NCBI RefSeq assembly: GCF_009914755.1
Contig: NC_060926.1
DNA from: the human T2T-CHM13v2.0 reference genome, Homo sapiens
Strand: one strand, 5' to 3'
Length of the DNA stretch: 64,000 nucleotides
Both the position numbers and the translations under genes were made by a program. A model generated the notes under the pieces. It saw only the letters and a program-made list of their open reading frames with translations. It had not been told where the DNA came from and did no database searches. Below are positions 13,011-26,307 of this stretch, in pieces; within the stretch, counting starts at the first letter, position 1, and each line of letters opens with the position of its first letter.

Positions 13011-13639
13011 TGTAAACCAAAAATAAAATTATAAGGCCCCCAACCATCTGAAGGAACCCTTTCTCTCGGTAAAAGGCATTCCAAAGTTAACCTGGAAAAC
13101 TAGTTCAGGCCATCATGGGAAGGTGGGAGTCAGACATGCTTCATTATGCTCTCCTCCCTTTTGGAATTCAGGAAAAGCTGACCAGCATTAACATCAACAC
13201 AGATCTTAAGTCTGATTAAAAACCTTTACAATCTATTCTCTCTGAAGCCTGCTACTGGTTTTATCATCTGCATGATAAAACCTTGGTCTCCACAACCCGT
13301 TATCTTAACCCAGACATTCCTTTCTATTGATTCTAAGTCTTTAGATAATAGCTTAATTATTTCAATGAATTGCCAGTCAGAAAATCTTTTAATCTACCTG
13401 TAATCTGGAAGCCCCCGCTTCTAGTTGTCCCACCCTTCTGGACCGAACCAATGTACATCTCACATGTATCGACTGACATCTCACGTCTCCCTAAAATGTA
13501 TAAAACCAAGTTGTAGCCTGACCACCATGGGTGCAAGTTCTCAGGATCTCCTGTGGGCTGTGTTACAGGCCATTGGTCACTTACTTGGCTCAGGATAAAT
13601 CTCTTAAAATATTTTAGAGTTTGACTCTTTTCACTGACA
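13011..13639 (+). mobile_element. ERV1 solo LTR (MER4 family)
   Basis: tgtaaaccaaaaataaaatt...tttgactcttttcactgaca; TG...CA ends; exact 4-bp TSD gaag at 13007-13010 and 13640-13643. Confidence 0.88.
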
Positions 13640-15171
13640 GAAGAATGGAACATACCTTAATATACATGTTGGATTTTACAAAATGAAACTTTAAAGATAG
13701 TTTCTGAATGATTAAAAAATGGAGATTTATAACGAGTTAGCAACAAATGGGTATTTGAGTAGATGTCATTTAGGCTAGGATGAGGATAAATTTGTTTCCA
13801 TTTCAGAAGACAAGTTAGTGTTTTGGTTTTTTATGCTAAGCCCTTCTCCAAATACCACCTCCTATATTTGAAAAATCACAATTATTTCACTATTTTCTCA
13901 TGCTAATTTCTTGACAAAATTAAGAAAGTAACTATTTTTTTCAAGATACTTTTGTTTCCAAAAGCCTTCATGAGCAATATGCTGTTCTCTTGCTGGGTGT
14001 TATTTCACCATGTACAGAAAGAGCACAACTAGGTTTGTTTTCCGTCACTCCACCACCTGTTCTGAAAAAAAATTTACAGAGTCCCAATTTCAAATGTTTC
14101 ATGTGACTTTCTATAAAACTGAGAATGCAGTACTCTGTCCTTAAACATAATTGGCAATTTTCACTGTCATACGAAAAATTCAGCATAATTTCAATGGCAA
14201 AGGTATCTCTATGTAGCAACGGTAAGGAGATTTTTATTGTGAAACAACTTGAATATTTATAATAAAAACCGTCCACATCCAGATTTGATGTTCCACATAT
14301 TATAGTGTAGATCTCAATTGTGGGCACGGAACTGAATCTTGGAAAATATACATTTTTAATTTATTTCATTCACATTACCCCAAATTCGAAACATATGTAG
14401 CAGCCAATTCAGTTGCTGAAGTTTTGAAATATTCACATGTATTCTTAAATGTACTTGCTTATAGTTTGTATAATGTACATAAAATACAATTAAAATTACT
14501 AGGTTTTATCTTACTCTAACTAACTCTATTCAGGAAACAATGGGTTTGATGTGACAGTTGTATATGTTTTCTAAGTCACACAAAAATGTCGCCACGTTAA
14601 AATTTGAACAGATCAATGTAGACTTGCAGAATGAACGTTGCTGAAGAAGTTGGCATTCTCTTTGCTATTCCCAGAAATCACTGAAAAGCCACCATGATAA
14701 TACAGTTTTTTAAGTGTAAAACTTAAAAACCCCATTATCAGCAAAACAAGGAACAGGTGTTAATATAATCCTCAGACTACACATGAATTCTAAGGACTGT
14801 CAGACCCAGCTGAGGTCAGGCACGAGCTGTGTGGGAAGAATCAGAAACCAGAGAAACCCCAGTGACCGGAGACCCAGGGCCGTGAGGGTGCCGCATGCTG
14901 AGGGCCAAACCACATCCCTTGCATGGGAAAGAGAGGGAAACTGGGGTGGGGGGGGAAATACTAGTTGATACAAAGGATCAAAGATAAGCCACATTTGCAT
15001 AAAGCAGCGTCTGTGACAGAAGGAGAGAGAATCTTTGTGTTGTGAAAACTATATAAGGAACAATCTGGACTTCTCCAAGTTCATAGGAAACTGGAAAATA
15101 TTGACATGAGAAACCCAAACTCATCCAATGATTAAGACCATAAAAGGAAATAGAAAATTCATAAGAAAGAC

Positions 15172-18100
15172 AAAAAAAGAAGAAAGGAAGGGAGGAAGGA
15201 AGGAAGGAAGGAAGGGAGGAAGGGAGGAAGGAAGGAAGGGAGGAAGGGAGGAAGGGAGGAAGGGAGGAAGGGAGGAAGGAAGGGAGGGAGGAAGGGAGGG
15301 AGGAAGGGAGGGAGGAAGGGAGGGAGGAAGGGAGGGAGGAAGGGAGGGAGGAAGGGAGGGAGGAAGGAAGGAAGGGAGGAAGGGAGGGAGGAAGGAAGGA
15401 AGGGAGGGAGGAAGGGAGGGAGGGAGGAAGGAAGGAAGGGAGGGAGGAAGGGAGGGAGGGAGGAAGGGAGGGAGGAAGGGAGGAAGGGAGGGAGGAAGGG
15501 AGGGAGGGAGGGAGGAAGGAAGGAAGGAAGGGAGGGAGGGAGGGAGGAAGGAAGGAAGGAAGGAAGGGAGGAAGGGAGGGAGGGAGGGAGGAAGGGAGGA
15601 AGGGAGGGAGGGAGGAAGGAAGGGAGGGAGGAAGGGAGGGAGGGAGGAAGGGAGGGAGGAAGGGAGGAAGGGAGGGAGGAAGGGAGGGAGGGAGGGAGGA
15701 AGGAAGGGAGGAAGGGAGGGAGGGAGGGAGGGAGGGAGGAAGGAAGGGAGGGAGGGAGGGAGGAAGGGAGGGAGGAAGGGAGGAAGGGAGGAAGGGAGGG
15801 AGGGAGGGAGGAAGGAAGGAAGGGAGGGAGGGAGGGAGGGAGGGAGGAAGGAAGGGAGGGAGGGAGGGAGGGAGGGAGGGAGGGAGGAAGGAAGGGAGGG
15901 AGGGAGGGAGGGAGGAAGGAAGGGAGGGAGGGAGGGAGGAAGGAAGGGAGGGAGGGAGGAAGGGAGGAAGGAAGGGAGGGAGGGAGGGAGGGAGGAAGGG
16001 AGGGAGGGAGGGAGGGAGGAAGGAAGGGAGGGAGGGAGGGAGGGAGGAAGGGAGGGAGGGAGGGAGGGAGGAAGGAAGGGAGGGAGGGAGGGAGGAAGGG
16101 AGGGAGGAAGGGAGGGAGGAAGGGAGGGAGGGAGGGAGGAAGGGAGGGAGGGAGGGAGGAAGGGAGGAAGGAAGGAAGGGAGGAAGGAAGGAAGGAAGGG
16201 AGGAAGGGAGGGAGGAAGGAAGGGAGGGAGGGAGGAAGGAGGGAGGGAGGGAGGAAGGAAGGAAGGAAGGGAGGGAGGGAGGGAGGAAGGAAGGAAGGGA
16301 GGGAGGGAGGGAGGGAGGAAGGAAGGGAGGGAGGGAGGGAGGAAGGAAGGAAGGAAGGGAGGGAGGGAGGGAGGGAGGAAGGAAGGGAGGGAGGGAGGGA
16401 GGAAGGGAGGGAGGAAGGGAGGAAGGGAGGGAGGGAGGAAGGAAGGAAGGAAGGGAGGGAGGGAGGTAGGGAGGAAGGAAGGGAGGGAGGGAGGAAGGGA
16501 GGGAGGAAGGGAGGAAGGAAGGAAGGGAGGAAGGGAGGAAGGAAGGAAGGGAGGAAGGAAGGAAGGGAGGAAGGGAGGGAGGAAGGAAGGGAGGAAGGAA
16601 GGAAGGGAGGAAGGGAGGGAGGAAGGAAGGGAGGGAGGAAGGGAGGGAGGGAGGGAGGAAGGGAGGGAGGGAGGGAGGAAGGGAGGGAGGGAGGGAGGGA
16701 GGGAGGAAGGGAGGAAGGAAGGAAGGGAGGAAGGGAGGAAGGAAGGAAGGGAGGAAGGAAGGAAGGGAGGAAGGGAGGGAGGGAGGGAGGAAGGGAGGGA
16801 GGGAGGGAGGAAGGGAGGGAGGAAGGAAGGGAGGAAGGGAGGAAGGAAGGAAGGAAGGAAGGGAGGAAGGGAGGAAGGAAGGAAGGGAGGAAGGAAGGAA
16901 GGGAGGAAGGGAGGGAGGAAGGAAGGGAGGAAGGAAGGAAGGGAGGAAGGGATGGAGGAAGGAAGGGAGGGAGGAAGGGAGGGAGGGAGGGAGGAAGGGA
17001 GGGAGGGAGGGAGGAAGGGAGGGAGGGAGGGAGGGAGGGAGGAAGGGAGGAAGGAAGGAAGGGAGGAAGGGAGGAAGGAAGGAAGGGAGGAAGGAAGGGA
17101 GGGAGGAAGGGAGGGAGGGAGGGAGGGAGGGAGGGAGGGAGGAAGGGAGGGAGGAAGGAAGGAAGGGAGGAAGGGAGGAAGGAAGGAAGGGAGGAAGGAA
17201 GGAAGGAAGGGAGGAAGGGAGGGAGGAAGGAAGGGAGGGAGGAAGGGAGGAAGGGAGGGAGGGAGGGAGGAAGGGAGGAAGGAAGGAAGGGAGGAAGGGA
17301 GGAAGGAAGGAAGGGAGGAAGGAAGGAAGGAAGGGAGGAAGGGAGGGAGGAAGGAAGGGAGGAAGGGAGGGAGGAAGGGAGGGAGGAAGGAAGGAAGGGA
17401 GGAAGGGAGGGAGGGAGGAAGGGAGGGAGGGAGGAAGGGAGGGAGGAAGGAAGGAAGGGAGGAAGGGAGGAAGGAAGGAAGGGAGGAAGGAAGGAAGGAA
17501 GGGAGGAAGGGAGGGAGGAAGGAAGGGAGGGAGGAAGGGAGGAAGGGAGGGAGGGAGGGAGGAAGGGAGGAAGGAAGGAAGGGAGGAAGGGAGGGAGGAA
17601 GGAAGGGAGGGAGGAAGGGAGGAAGGAAGGAAGGAAGGGAGGAAGGGAGGGAGGAAGGAAGGGAGGGAGGAAGGGAGGAAGGGAGGGAGGGAGGGAGGAA
17701 GGGAGGAAGGAAGGAAGGGAGGAAGGGAGGGAGGAAGGAAGGGAGGGAGGGAGGGAGGAAGGGAGGGAGGGAGGGAGGGAGGGAGGAAGGAAGGAAGGGA
17801 GGAAGGGAGGGAGGAAGGAAGGGAGGAAGGGAGGGAGGAAGGGAGGGAGGAAGGGAGGGAGGAAGGAAGGAAGGGAGGAAGGGAGGGAGGGAGGAAGGAA
17901 GGGAGGGAGGGAGGGAGGAAGGGAGGGAGGAAGGGAGGAAGGGAGGCAGGAAGGGAGGCAGGAAGGGAGGGAGGGAGGGAGGAAGGAAGGAAGGGAGGGA
18001 GGGAGGGAGGGAGGGAGGGAGGAAGGGAGGGAGGAGGGAGGGAGGAAGGGAGGGAGGAAGGGAGGAAGGGAGGGAGGGAGGGAGGGAGGGAGGAAGGAAG

Positions 18101-21100
18101 GAAGGGAGGGAGGGAGGAAGGAAGGGAGGGAGGGAGGGAGGAAGGGAGGGAGGGAGGGAGGAAGGGAGGGAGGAAGGGAGGGAGGAAGGAAGGAAGGGAG
18201 GAAGGGAGGGAGGGAGGGAGGAAGGAAGGGAGGAGGGAGGGAGGAAGGGAGGGAGGGAGGAAGGGAGGGAGGAAGGGAGGAAGGGAGGGAGGAAGGGAGG
18301 GAGGGAGGGAGGAAGGAAGGAAGGGAGGGAGGGAGGAGGAAGGGAGGGAGGAAGGGAGGGAGGGAGGGAGGAAGGGAGGGAGGGAGGGAGGAAGGGAGGG
18401 AGGGAGGGAGGGAGGGAGGGAGGAAGGAAGGAAGGAAGGGAGGGAGGGAGGGAGGGAGGAAGGAAGGGAGGGAGGGAGGAAGGGAGGGAGGAAGGGAGGG
18501 AGGGAGGAAGGGAGGGAGGAAGGGAGGGAGGGAGGAAGGGAGGGAGGAAGGGAGGGAGGGAGGGAGGAAGGAAGGAAGGGAAGGAGGGAGGGAGGGAGGG
18601 AGGAAGGGAGGGAGGGAGGAAGGGAGGGAGGAAGGGAGGGAGGGAGGGAGGGAGGGAGGAAGGGAGGGAGGAAGGAAGGAAGGGAGGAAGGGAGGGAGGA
18701 AGGGAGGAAGGGAGGGAGGAAGGGAGGGAGGGAGGAAGGGAGGGAGGAAGGAAGGAAGGGAGGAAGGGAGGGAGGAAGGGAGGAAGGGAGGAAGGGAGGA
18801 AGGGAGGGAGGGAGGGAGGGAGGAAGGGAGGAAGGAAGGGAGGAAGGGAGGGAGGGAGGAAGGGAGGGAGGAAGGAAGGAAGGGAAGGAGGGAGGGAGGG
18901 AGGGAGGAAGGGAGGGAGGGAGGAAGGGAGGGAGGAAGGGAGGGAGGGAGGGAGGGAGGAAGGGAGGGAGGAAGGAAGGAAGGGAGGAAGGGAGGGAGGA
19001 AGGGAGGAAGGGAGGGAGGAAGGGAGGGAGGGAGGAAGGGAGGAGGAAGGAAGGAAGGGAGGAAGGGAGGGAGGAAGGGAGGAAGGGAGGAAGGGAGGAA
19101 GGGAGGGAGGGAGGGAGGGAGGAAGGGAGGAAGGAAGGGAGGAAGGGAGGGAGGAAGGGAGGGAGGGAGGAAGGAAGGAAGGGAGGAAGGGAGGGAGGAA
19201 GGGAGGAAGGGAGGGAGGAAGGGAGGGAGGGAGGAAGGGAGGGAGGAAGGGAGGAAGGGAGGGAGGGAGGGAGGAAGGGAGGAAGGGAGGGAGGAAGGGA
19301 GGGAGGGAGGAAGGGAGGGAGGGAGGGAGGAAGGGAGGAAGGAAGGGAGGGAGGGAGGGAGGAAGGGAGGGAGGGAGGGAGGAAGGGAGGGAGGGAGGGA
19401 GGAAGGGAGGAAGGGAGGGAGGGAGGAAGGGAGGGAGGAAGGGAGGGAGGGAGGAAGGGAGGGAGGGAGGAAGGGAGGGAGGAAGGGAGGAAGGGAGGGA
19501 GGGAGGGAGGAAGGGAGGGAGGAAGGAAGGGAGGAAGGGAGGGAGGGAGGGAGGAAGGGAGGAGGAAGGAAGGGAGGGAGGGAGGGAGGGAGGAAGGGAG
19601 GGAGGAAGGAAGGGAGGAAGGGAGGAAGGGAGGGAGGAAGGGAGGGAGGGAGGAAGGGAGGGAGGAAGGAAGGGAGGGAGGGAGGGAGGAAGGGAGGGAG
19701 GGAGGGAGGGAGGGAGGAAGGAAGGGAGGGAGGGAGGGAGGAAGGGAGGGAGGGAGCGAGGAAGGAAGGAAGGAAGGGAGGGAGGGAGGAAGGGAGGAAG
19801 GGAGGGAGGGAGGAAGGGAGGGAGGGAGGAAGGGAGGGAGGAAGGGAGGAAGGGAGGGAGGGAGGGAGGAAGGGAGGGAGGAAGGAAGGGAGGAAGGGAG
19901 GAAGGGAGGGAGGAAGGGAGGGAGGGAGGAAGGGAGGGAGGAAGGAAGGGAGGGAGGGAGGGAGGAAGGGAGGGAGGGAGGGAGGGAGGGAGGAAGGAAG
20001 GGAGGGAGGGAGGGAGGAAGGGAGGGAGGGAGCGAGGAAGGAAGGAAGGAAGGGAGGGAGGGAGGAAGGGAGGAAGGGAGGGAGGAAGGGAGGGAGGGAG
20101 GGAGGGAGGAAGGGAGGAAGGGAGGGAGGGAGGGAGGAAGGGAGGGAGGAAGGAAGGAAGGGAGGAAGGGAGGGAGGAAGGGAGGAAGGGAGGGAGGAAG
20201 GGAGGGAGGGAGGGAGGAAGGAAGGAAGGAAGGGAGGGAGGGAGGAAGGAAGGAAGGGAGGGAGGGAGGGAGGGAGGAAGGGAGGGAGGGAGGGAGGAAG
20301 GAAGGAAGGAAGGAAGGGAGGGAGGGAGGAAGGGAGGGAGGGAGGGAGGAAGGGAGGGAGGGAGGGAGGGAGGAAGGGAGGGAGGAAGGAAGGAAGGGAG
20401 GAAGGGAGGGAGGAAGGGAGGGAGGAAGGGAGGGAGGGAGGAAGGGAGGGAGGAAGGAAGGGAGGGAGGGAGGAAGGGAGGGAGGGAGGAAGGGAGGGAG
20501 GAAGGGAGGAAGGGAGGGAGGAAGGGAGGGAGGGAGGGAGGAAGGGAGGGAGGGAGGGAGGGAGGAAGGGAGGGAGGGAGGAAGGAAGGGAGGAAGGGAG
20601 GGAGGAAGGGAGGGAGGGAGGGAGGGAGGGAGGAAGGAAGGAAGGGAGGGAGGGAGGGAGGGAGGGAGGAAGGAAGGGAGGAAGGGAGGGAGGGAGGGAG
20701 GGAGGGAGGAAGGGAGGGAGGGAGGGAGGGAGGAAGGGAGGGAGGAAGGGAGGGAGGGAGGGAGGGAGGAAGGGAGGGAGGAAGGAAGGAAGGGAGGAAG
20801 GGAGGGAGGAAGGGAGGGAGGAAGGGAGGGAGGGAGGAAGGGAGGGAGGAAGGAAGGGAGGGAGGGAGGAAGGGAGGGAGGGAGGAAGGGAGGGAGGAAG
20901 GGAGGAAGGGAGGGAGGAAGGGAGGGAGGGAGGGAGGGAGGGAGGGAGGGAGGGAGGAAGGGAGGGAGGGAGGAAGGGAGGGAGGAAGGGAGGGAGGAAG
21001 GGAGGGAGGGAGGGAGGGAGGGAGGAAGGAAGGAAGGGAGGGAGGGAGGGAGGAAGGAAGGGAGGAAGGGAGGGAGGGAGGGAGGGAGGGAGGGAGGGAG

Positions 21101-21667
21101 GAAGGAAGGAAGGGAGGGAGGGAGGGAGGGAGGGAGGGAGGAAGGGAGGGAGGGAGGAAGGGAGGGAGGAAGGGAGGGAGGAAGGGAGGGAGGGAGGGAG
21201 GGAGGGAGGAAGGAAGGAAGGGAGGGAGGGAGGGAGGAAGGAAGGGAGGAAGGGAGGGAGGGAGGGAGGGAGGGAGGGAGGGAGGAAGGAAGGAAGGGAG
21301 GGAGGGAGGGAGGGAGGGAGGGAGGAAGGGAGGGAGGGAGGGAGGGAGGAAGGGAGGGAGGAAGGGAGGGAGGAAGGGAGGAAGGGAGGGAGGGAGGGAG
21401 GGAGGAAGGAAGGAAGGAAGGGAGGGAGGGAGGGAGGGAGGAAGGGAGGGAGGGAGGGAGGGAGGAAGGGAGGAAGGGAGGGAGGGAGGGAGGAAGGGAG
21501 GGAGGAAGGGAGGGAGGGAGGAAGGGAGGGAGGGAGGAAGTAAGGGAGGGAGGAAGGGAGGGAGGGAGGAAGGAAGGAAGGAAGGGAGGGAAGAAGGGAG
21601 GGAGGGAGGGAGGAAGGGAGGGAGGAAGGGAGGGAGGAAGGGAGGGAGGAAGGAAGGGAGGAAGAAA
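15172..21667 (+). repeat. ~6.5-kb homopurine (GGAA/GGGA)n mosaic satellite
   Basis: Only G/A apart from 7 pyrimidines I could find (T16467, T16953, C17947, C17959, C19757, C20033, T21541). Confidence 0.98.
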
Positions 21668-22001
21668 TGAAGGAAAGTTGTACAACTAAGTAGCATCCAA
21701 AATTGTTTCCACAAAATAAATAATGCAGTTAAATATTTCATCAACCACAAAAATTAATGCAGCCATTACTACTATAAAGGAAGATCACAAATCCAGAACG
21801 CAACATTTCAAGGGAGAGATGATGAGACACCAGAAGACAATGACCATGAACTGATAGAAGTCAGAAAAGAAATAGAAAAGCAGACTTATCTCCAAAAGGG
21901 TAGCAAACACAGATGCAGCCCCATGAAGAGCCATTGCAAGGAACCCCTTAGAAAACAGAAAATGAAAACAAAGCAAACTAACAAAACTTAAATAAAGGGT
22001 C

Positions 22002-22348
22002 TGTTGTGAGCTGAATGTTTGTCTTCCCCCAAACTCCTAAGTTGAAATCTACTCCCCAGTTTGACGGTGTTAGGAGGGGTGTTGAGGAGGTGACGAGGTC
22101 TGGAGGGGAGCCCCATGGATGAGATTAGAGCCCTTATAAAAGAGGCCCCAGAGATACCTCACACCTTACACCACGTGAGGGAACAGCAGGAAGGCACCAC
22201 CTGCAACCCAGAACAGGTGCTCATCAGAACACGACCATGCTGGCACCTTGATCTTGGACCTCCAGCCTCCACAACTGTGAGAAATGCGTATCTATTGTTT
22301 ACAAGCCACCTAGTCTATGGCACTTTGCTGTAGCAGCTTGAACTAAGA
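22002..22348 (+). mobile_element. MaLR LTR (MLT1A/MLT1A0-like)
   Basis: tgttgtgagctgaatgtttgtc...cccttataaaagaggccccagag...ccttgatcttggacctccagcctccacaactgtgagaaat...gaactaaga. Confidence 0.85.
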
Positions 22349-22879
22349 GTTAAAAAGACTGTTTCCAACAGTAAGCCAGATTTTATACTTTTAGTAACCA
22401 TGTCCATTAAAGTACAGGAGGAAATAGATATTTTTAAAAGCAATGCTGAGCTGGCACAAAAAATAGGAATGCAGAGAGCAAAAACAAAGTGAAGGCAGGA
22501 ATCCTGTAAGGTAATGCCTAACCCAGATTGGGTGCAGATTGCAGACTGGACTCTGAAGGCTGCACTGGATACAAAATTCAGGAGAAGAAGTCAAGGGCTG
22601 TGTAAGGTGGGAAGATGAATCAGAGATCCCCAAATAATCTGAGACTCCAAAGGCCATGCACTCTGTGTAAGAATAAAAAGAAATAAACTCTACACACAAA
22701 AGAAAAAATTGGAAATTGTCCTACATCAGTGCTGGCATAGGTCACACACACAGACTCGTGGTCCAAAACCCAATTAGATGCCCCAACATGAAGCAGTTCT
22801 GGGTTACTTGAGCCCCAAAGCAACCGGCAGAAACAAGTTTCATCTGGAAATCTGCAACATTAAGCCCAGATATAATTAT

Positions 22880-23365
22880 AGTACTGAGGAAATTGATCAG
22901 TTTCCTATAAAAATGACAACAAATAAAGAAGCAAGTCACCAGGAGAGAGAAACAGCAAAGAAACATTCAGGCTCTCAAGGGCGCAGGATGGGGTTACCAG
23001 ACATGAAATACAAAATGATTGTGTTTGATATGGCTACAGAAATAACAGAAAATAACTGAAAATATAGCAAGAACAAGAGACAATAAAGGGATAATATTTG
23101 AAAAAGACACTAGAACTTTCACAAATAAAAGCTGTAATAACTGACATATAAAACCCAATGAATATTAAAAAGCAAATTAGAGACACTTGAAGGTGAATCA
23201 GAAAACGGGAAGATACGTCTAAATAAATCCAGAATATAGTCCCATGAGACAAAAAGACAGAAGATATAAAAGAGTGTGAAGATTATGATGGTCAAAGTGA
23301 GAGGGCATCATAAATGTTTAATCAGAGTTTAAAAGGAATAAAAGAGAGAAAGTGGGAAGATGCAT
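22880..23365 (+). mobile_element. Decayed old L1 ORF1-like fragment
   Basis: A-rich sequence resembling L1M ORF1 (ctagaactttcacaaataaaagctgtaataactgac...aaagcaaattagagacacttgaagg); no intact frame. Confidence 0.55.
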
Positions 23366-23369
23366 AGAA

Positions 23370-23900
23370 TCCAGTCAATTCTCACCATCTCCATCCTTTC
23401 TTCTTACAGCTGATTTTCATCACTGCAGCCAGGAAGAGCCTCCTGAAAGATAAATCAGACAGCAACACTTCTCAGCTCAAAACCTCAACAGTTGTAGCTC
23501 ATTTGGAGTAACACTCAGAGCCCTCCAGCCGCCTCACGTGCTCTCCTTTCCTCTCCCCTCTTACCTCTCTGCCCCTCCCTGCCCCAGGCACAGGGCAGGG
23601 AAGGCTCAGCTGATCCCTGCACTGCAGAGTGGCCTGAGGGTGGGCTCCTGCTGCTTGAGATGTCTCCTGATGACCCCATTTTAAACAGCAAGCCTCCCTC
23701 CACACATCTTCCTCCCCCTCCAATTTATGTTTCTCCAGAGCACTTCTCAGATCTTGATATGCTGTAATCAGACTTTTGTTTGTTGTGTATTAAGCTCTGC
23801 AATAACATGTCGTTGTCTCCTTTGTTCACTTCTGTATTCCCAGCACCCAAAACAGGGCTTGGCGCAGTTGATACTAATGGGATATCTGCTGAGAGATGGG
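23370..23900 (+). mobile_element. L2 3' fragment
   Basis: cactgcagccaggaagagcctcctgaaagataaatcagac...ctttgttcacttctgtattcccagcacccaaaacagggcttggcgcagttgatactaatgg, typical L2 tail. Confidence 0.65.
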
Positions 23901-26307
23901 TGGATGGATGAGGACAAATTCCAAAAGGTAGGGCAGAAAGTTGGAATATGCCTGGGTTTCTGCTCCATCTGTGCCAGCCTCCCAGCTTTGGGTTTTGTAT
24001 CTCCCTACTTCTTGTTATACAAGAAAAAGAAATTTCTGATATGTTTAGTCCAATATCTTCATGTCTTCTATTACTTACTACTATTTGCAATGGCAGACTT
24101 ATTAAAGTACACTTCTCTCTCATTTCACAAGGATTATCTGTGCCCGTGTGCCTGGGAGGGGTGCAGCAGGTCAGAACAGCCCAGGAGTAGGGAGTGACCA
24201 GGCCAGGGCCCTCCCCACACTCAGTGCAGGACTGTGCCCTCATTTCTCACATACACTCACCTCCCAGGGTGCAAATCTGGCATTAGCCTTTAGGGTGTGA
24301 GGACAGAGCATAATCTCATAGTGTCTTCTATTTGTTCCTAACTTGTTCTCAATTCACTAACATGCATTTCTGTTTCCTCAGTTTCCCTCTGAGATACACA
24401 GCTAACATTTTGTACTGGCTCTTCTAACGGACAAATCTGGAAGCATTCCAAGTTTCTAGATCTTCTGTCCTGAGAGCAGGGTCGTTTCCTCAAAAGCCAA
24501 TGAGCACCCCACTCCCAGAGCTCTGCCCCTAAAGATGAGGCTTCATCTCCCCCCATCCAGCCCTCCCAGTCTACGTGGGACAGTAGTGACAGCCCACAGA
24601 ACAGGGACCACCAGCAGGTGTTTACGTTCTGAGCTGGAGGCAGCTCTGTTTAGACAGGTCTCTGTGGTGGAGCTGGATCCCTGCACACATGCACACTGGG
24701 CAAGAGGAATGCAGGCAGTGGGACTTGTAATTGATGATGTCCCAGATGACAGGTGAGAGTGCTCTGGAGGCAGCTCTGCACTCCACGTCAGCCAGGCCTC
24801 CGCTCCCTCCTGCTCCACCTTCCCCTTCATCTGCTAACTAACTCATCAGATGCCTTGTGAGTGAGGCAGCCCCTGACTCAGAGGACAAGGTGTCGCCCTT
24901 TCTGTGGAACTTCAAGACTGTTTTGAGCATTAGACCTGGAATCCTGAGGAGATGCTAAAGGAATCCATCTGAGCTGCCAGTGGGGCAGAGCATTTGACAG
25001 ATTTGGGTCAGGGCTGCTGCTGTGCCGTCCCCAGCCGTGTGGTCCGTCTCCCAGGACCACCTGTGCAGAACTAAGACAGCAAGGATATGCCAGCCTCACT
25101 GCCATCAGCCCCTCGGGCACTCTGTGACCAGCAAATCTGTTTTCTTCTCTCCTTCATAGGATCCTGGATAGGAGACCTGGTCCCCTGTTTGTTCGTGGGT
25201 GACTTGTCAAACAGATTTCTATTTTTAATAACTATTTTTATTAATAAATATTCAGTTATAGTTGATTAATACCATACACATTAACTAGCTCTAACCCTTT
25301 TAGCAGTTTGAGTTCATGCTTTCCATTCTTTCTGTTATATGTACATTTTAAAAATAAATCATTTTGACATATTTGGAATTCTGATTTTTAAAATTCTGTA
25401 ACATATAATACCATCTTTCCAAATTATTATTTTTCTTCATCTTAATATGTAAACTTTCCTGTGTCAAGCATTGCACATATTTGATCATATTTAATCATCA
25501 CCACAGTACCCGGAGGCACTTCTTAGGGCCCCTGTTTTTAAATTGAGGAAGGTGAGCTCAGATATGTTATGTTGGCTGAAGTCACCCAACTGATCCTTGG
25601 CACAAGCAGGGTTTACGTCCAGACTACCTGGTCTACAGCAAACACTTTTCCATAGTAACTTGGGTTATTTTTATAATTTATTGTTATATACAAGGGGCAC
25701 TAAAATAGGTAATCAATATGATTTCTAACCAGTCTTATACCTTTCAAAGTCCTACATGTTTTTCAATTGCTGAACATAAAATGAAAATGCTTTCTTGAGA
25801 TTATAGTGAAAGCTTTAAAAGTTGTGTGGTTTCACCTGCTGACTTCCCACTAAGATTTCTTTTAAGGAACTAATCTGAATGTAAACACAAAGGTGGTACA
25901 CAGATTCTGACCTGCTCCACACACTTCTACAGAGGGTTTTCTCCCAGCTGCCTCCGTCTCAGGCTCAGCCAAGGACCCCACTTCTAAATTCATGGAATTC
26001 CCACATCTTCCTCCAGATCCACCTCCATCAGTGCCGCCTGTTTTCCATCCTCTTGGGACTTTGGTGCCTACACTTGGTGCTATTTCTGATGTCTTTTTTG
26101 ACATGGGAAACTGCTTCCTCTCTCTTGGGTCACTCCCCTTGGCACTAAGAGGTTCCTTCCAGCTCTTCCCCTGACTTTCAGGCAGACTCTTCTCAAGGTC
26201 GGGAGGTGCTGCTCCACCCTCACATCAGAGCTTCCCCTCCCCTCTCTTCATGTTTCACCACAAACAACCTGCACAGCAACTATTCCCAAAACTGCTCCCA
26301 AACTTCT

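Noticed and set aside
14978-21750. Three ORFs over 2000 aa (PPSL- and GGRE-rich)
   Set aside because: A strand made only of G/A or only of C/T cannot contain stop codons, so these are translations of the satellite with no other coding evidence.
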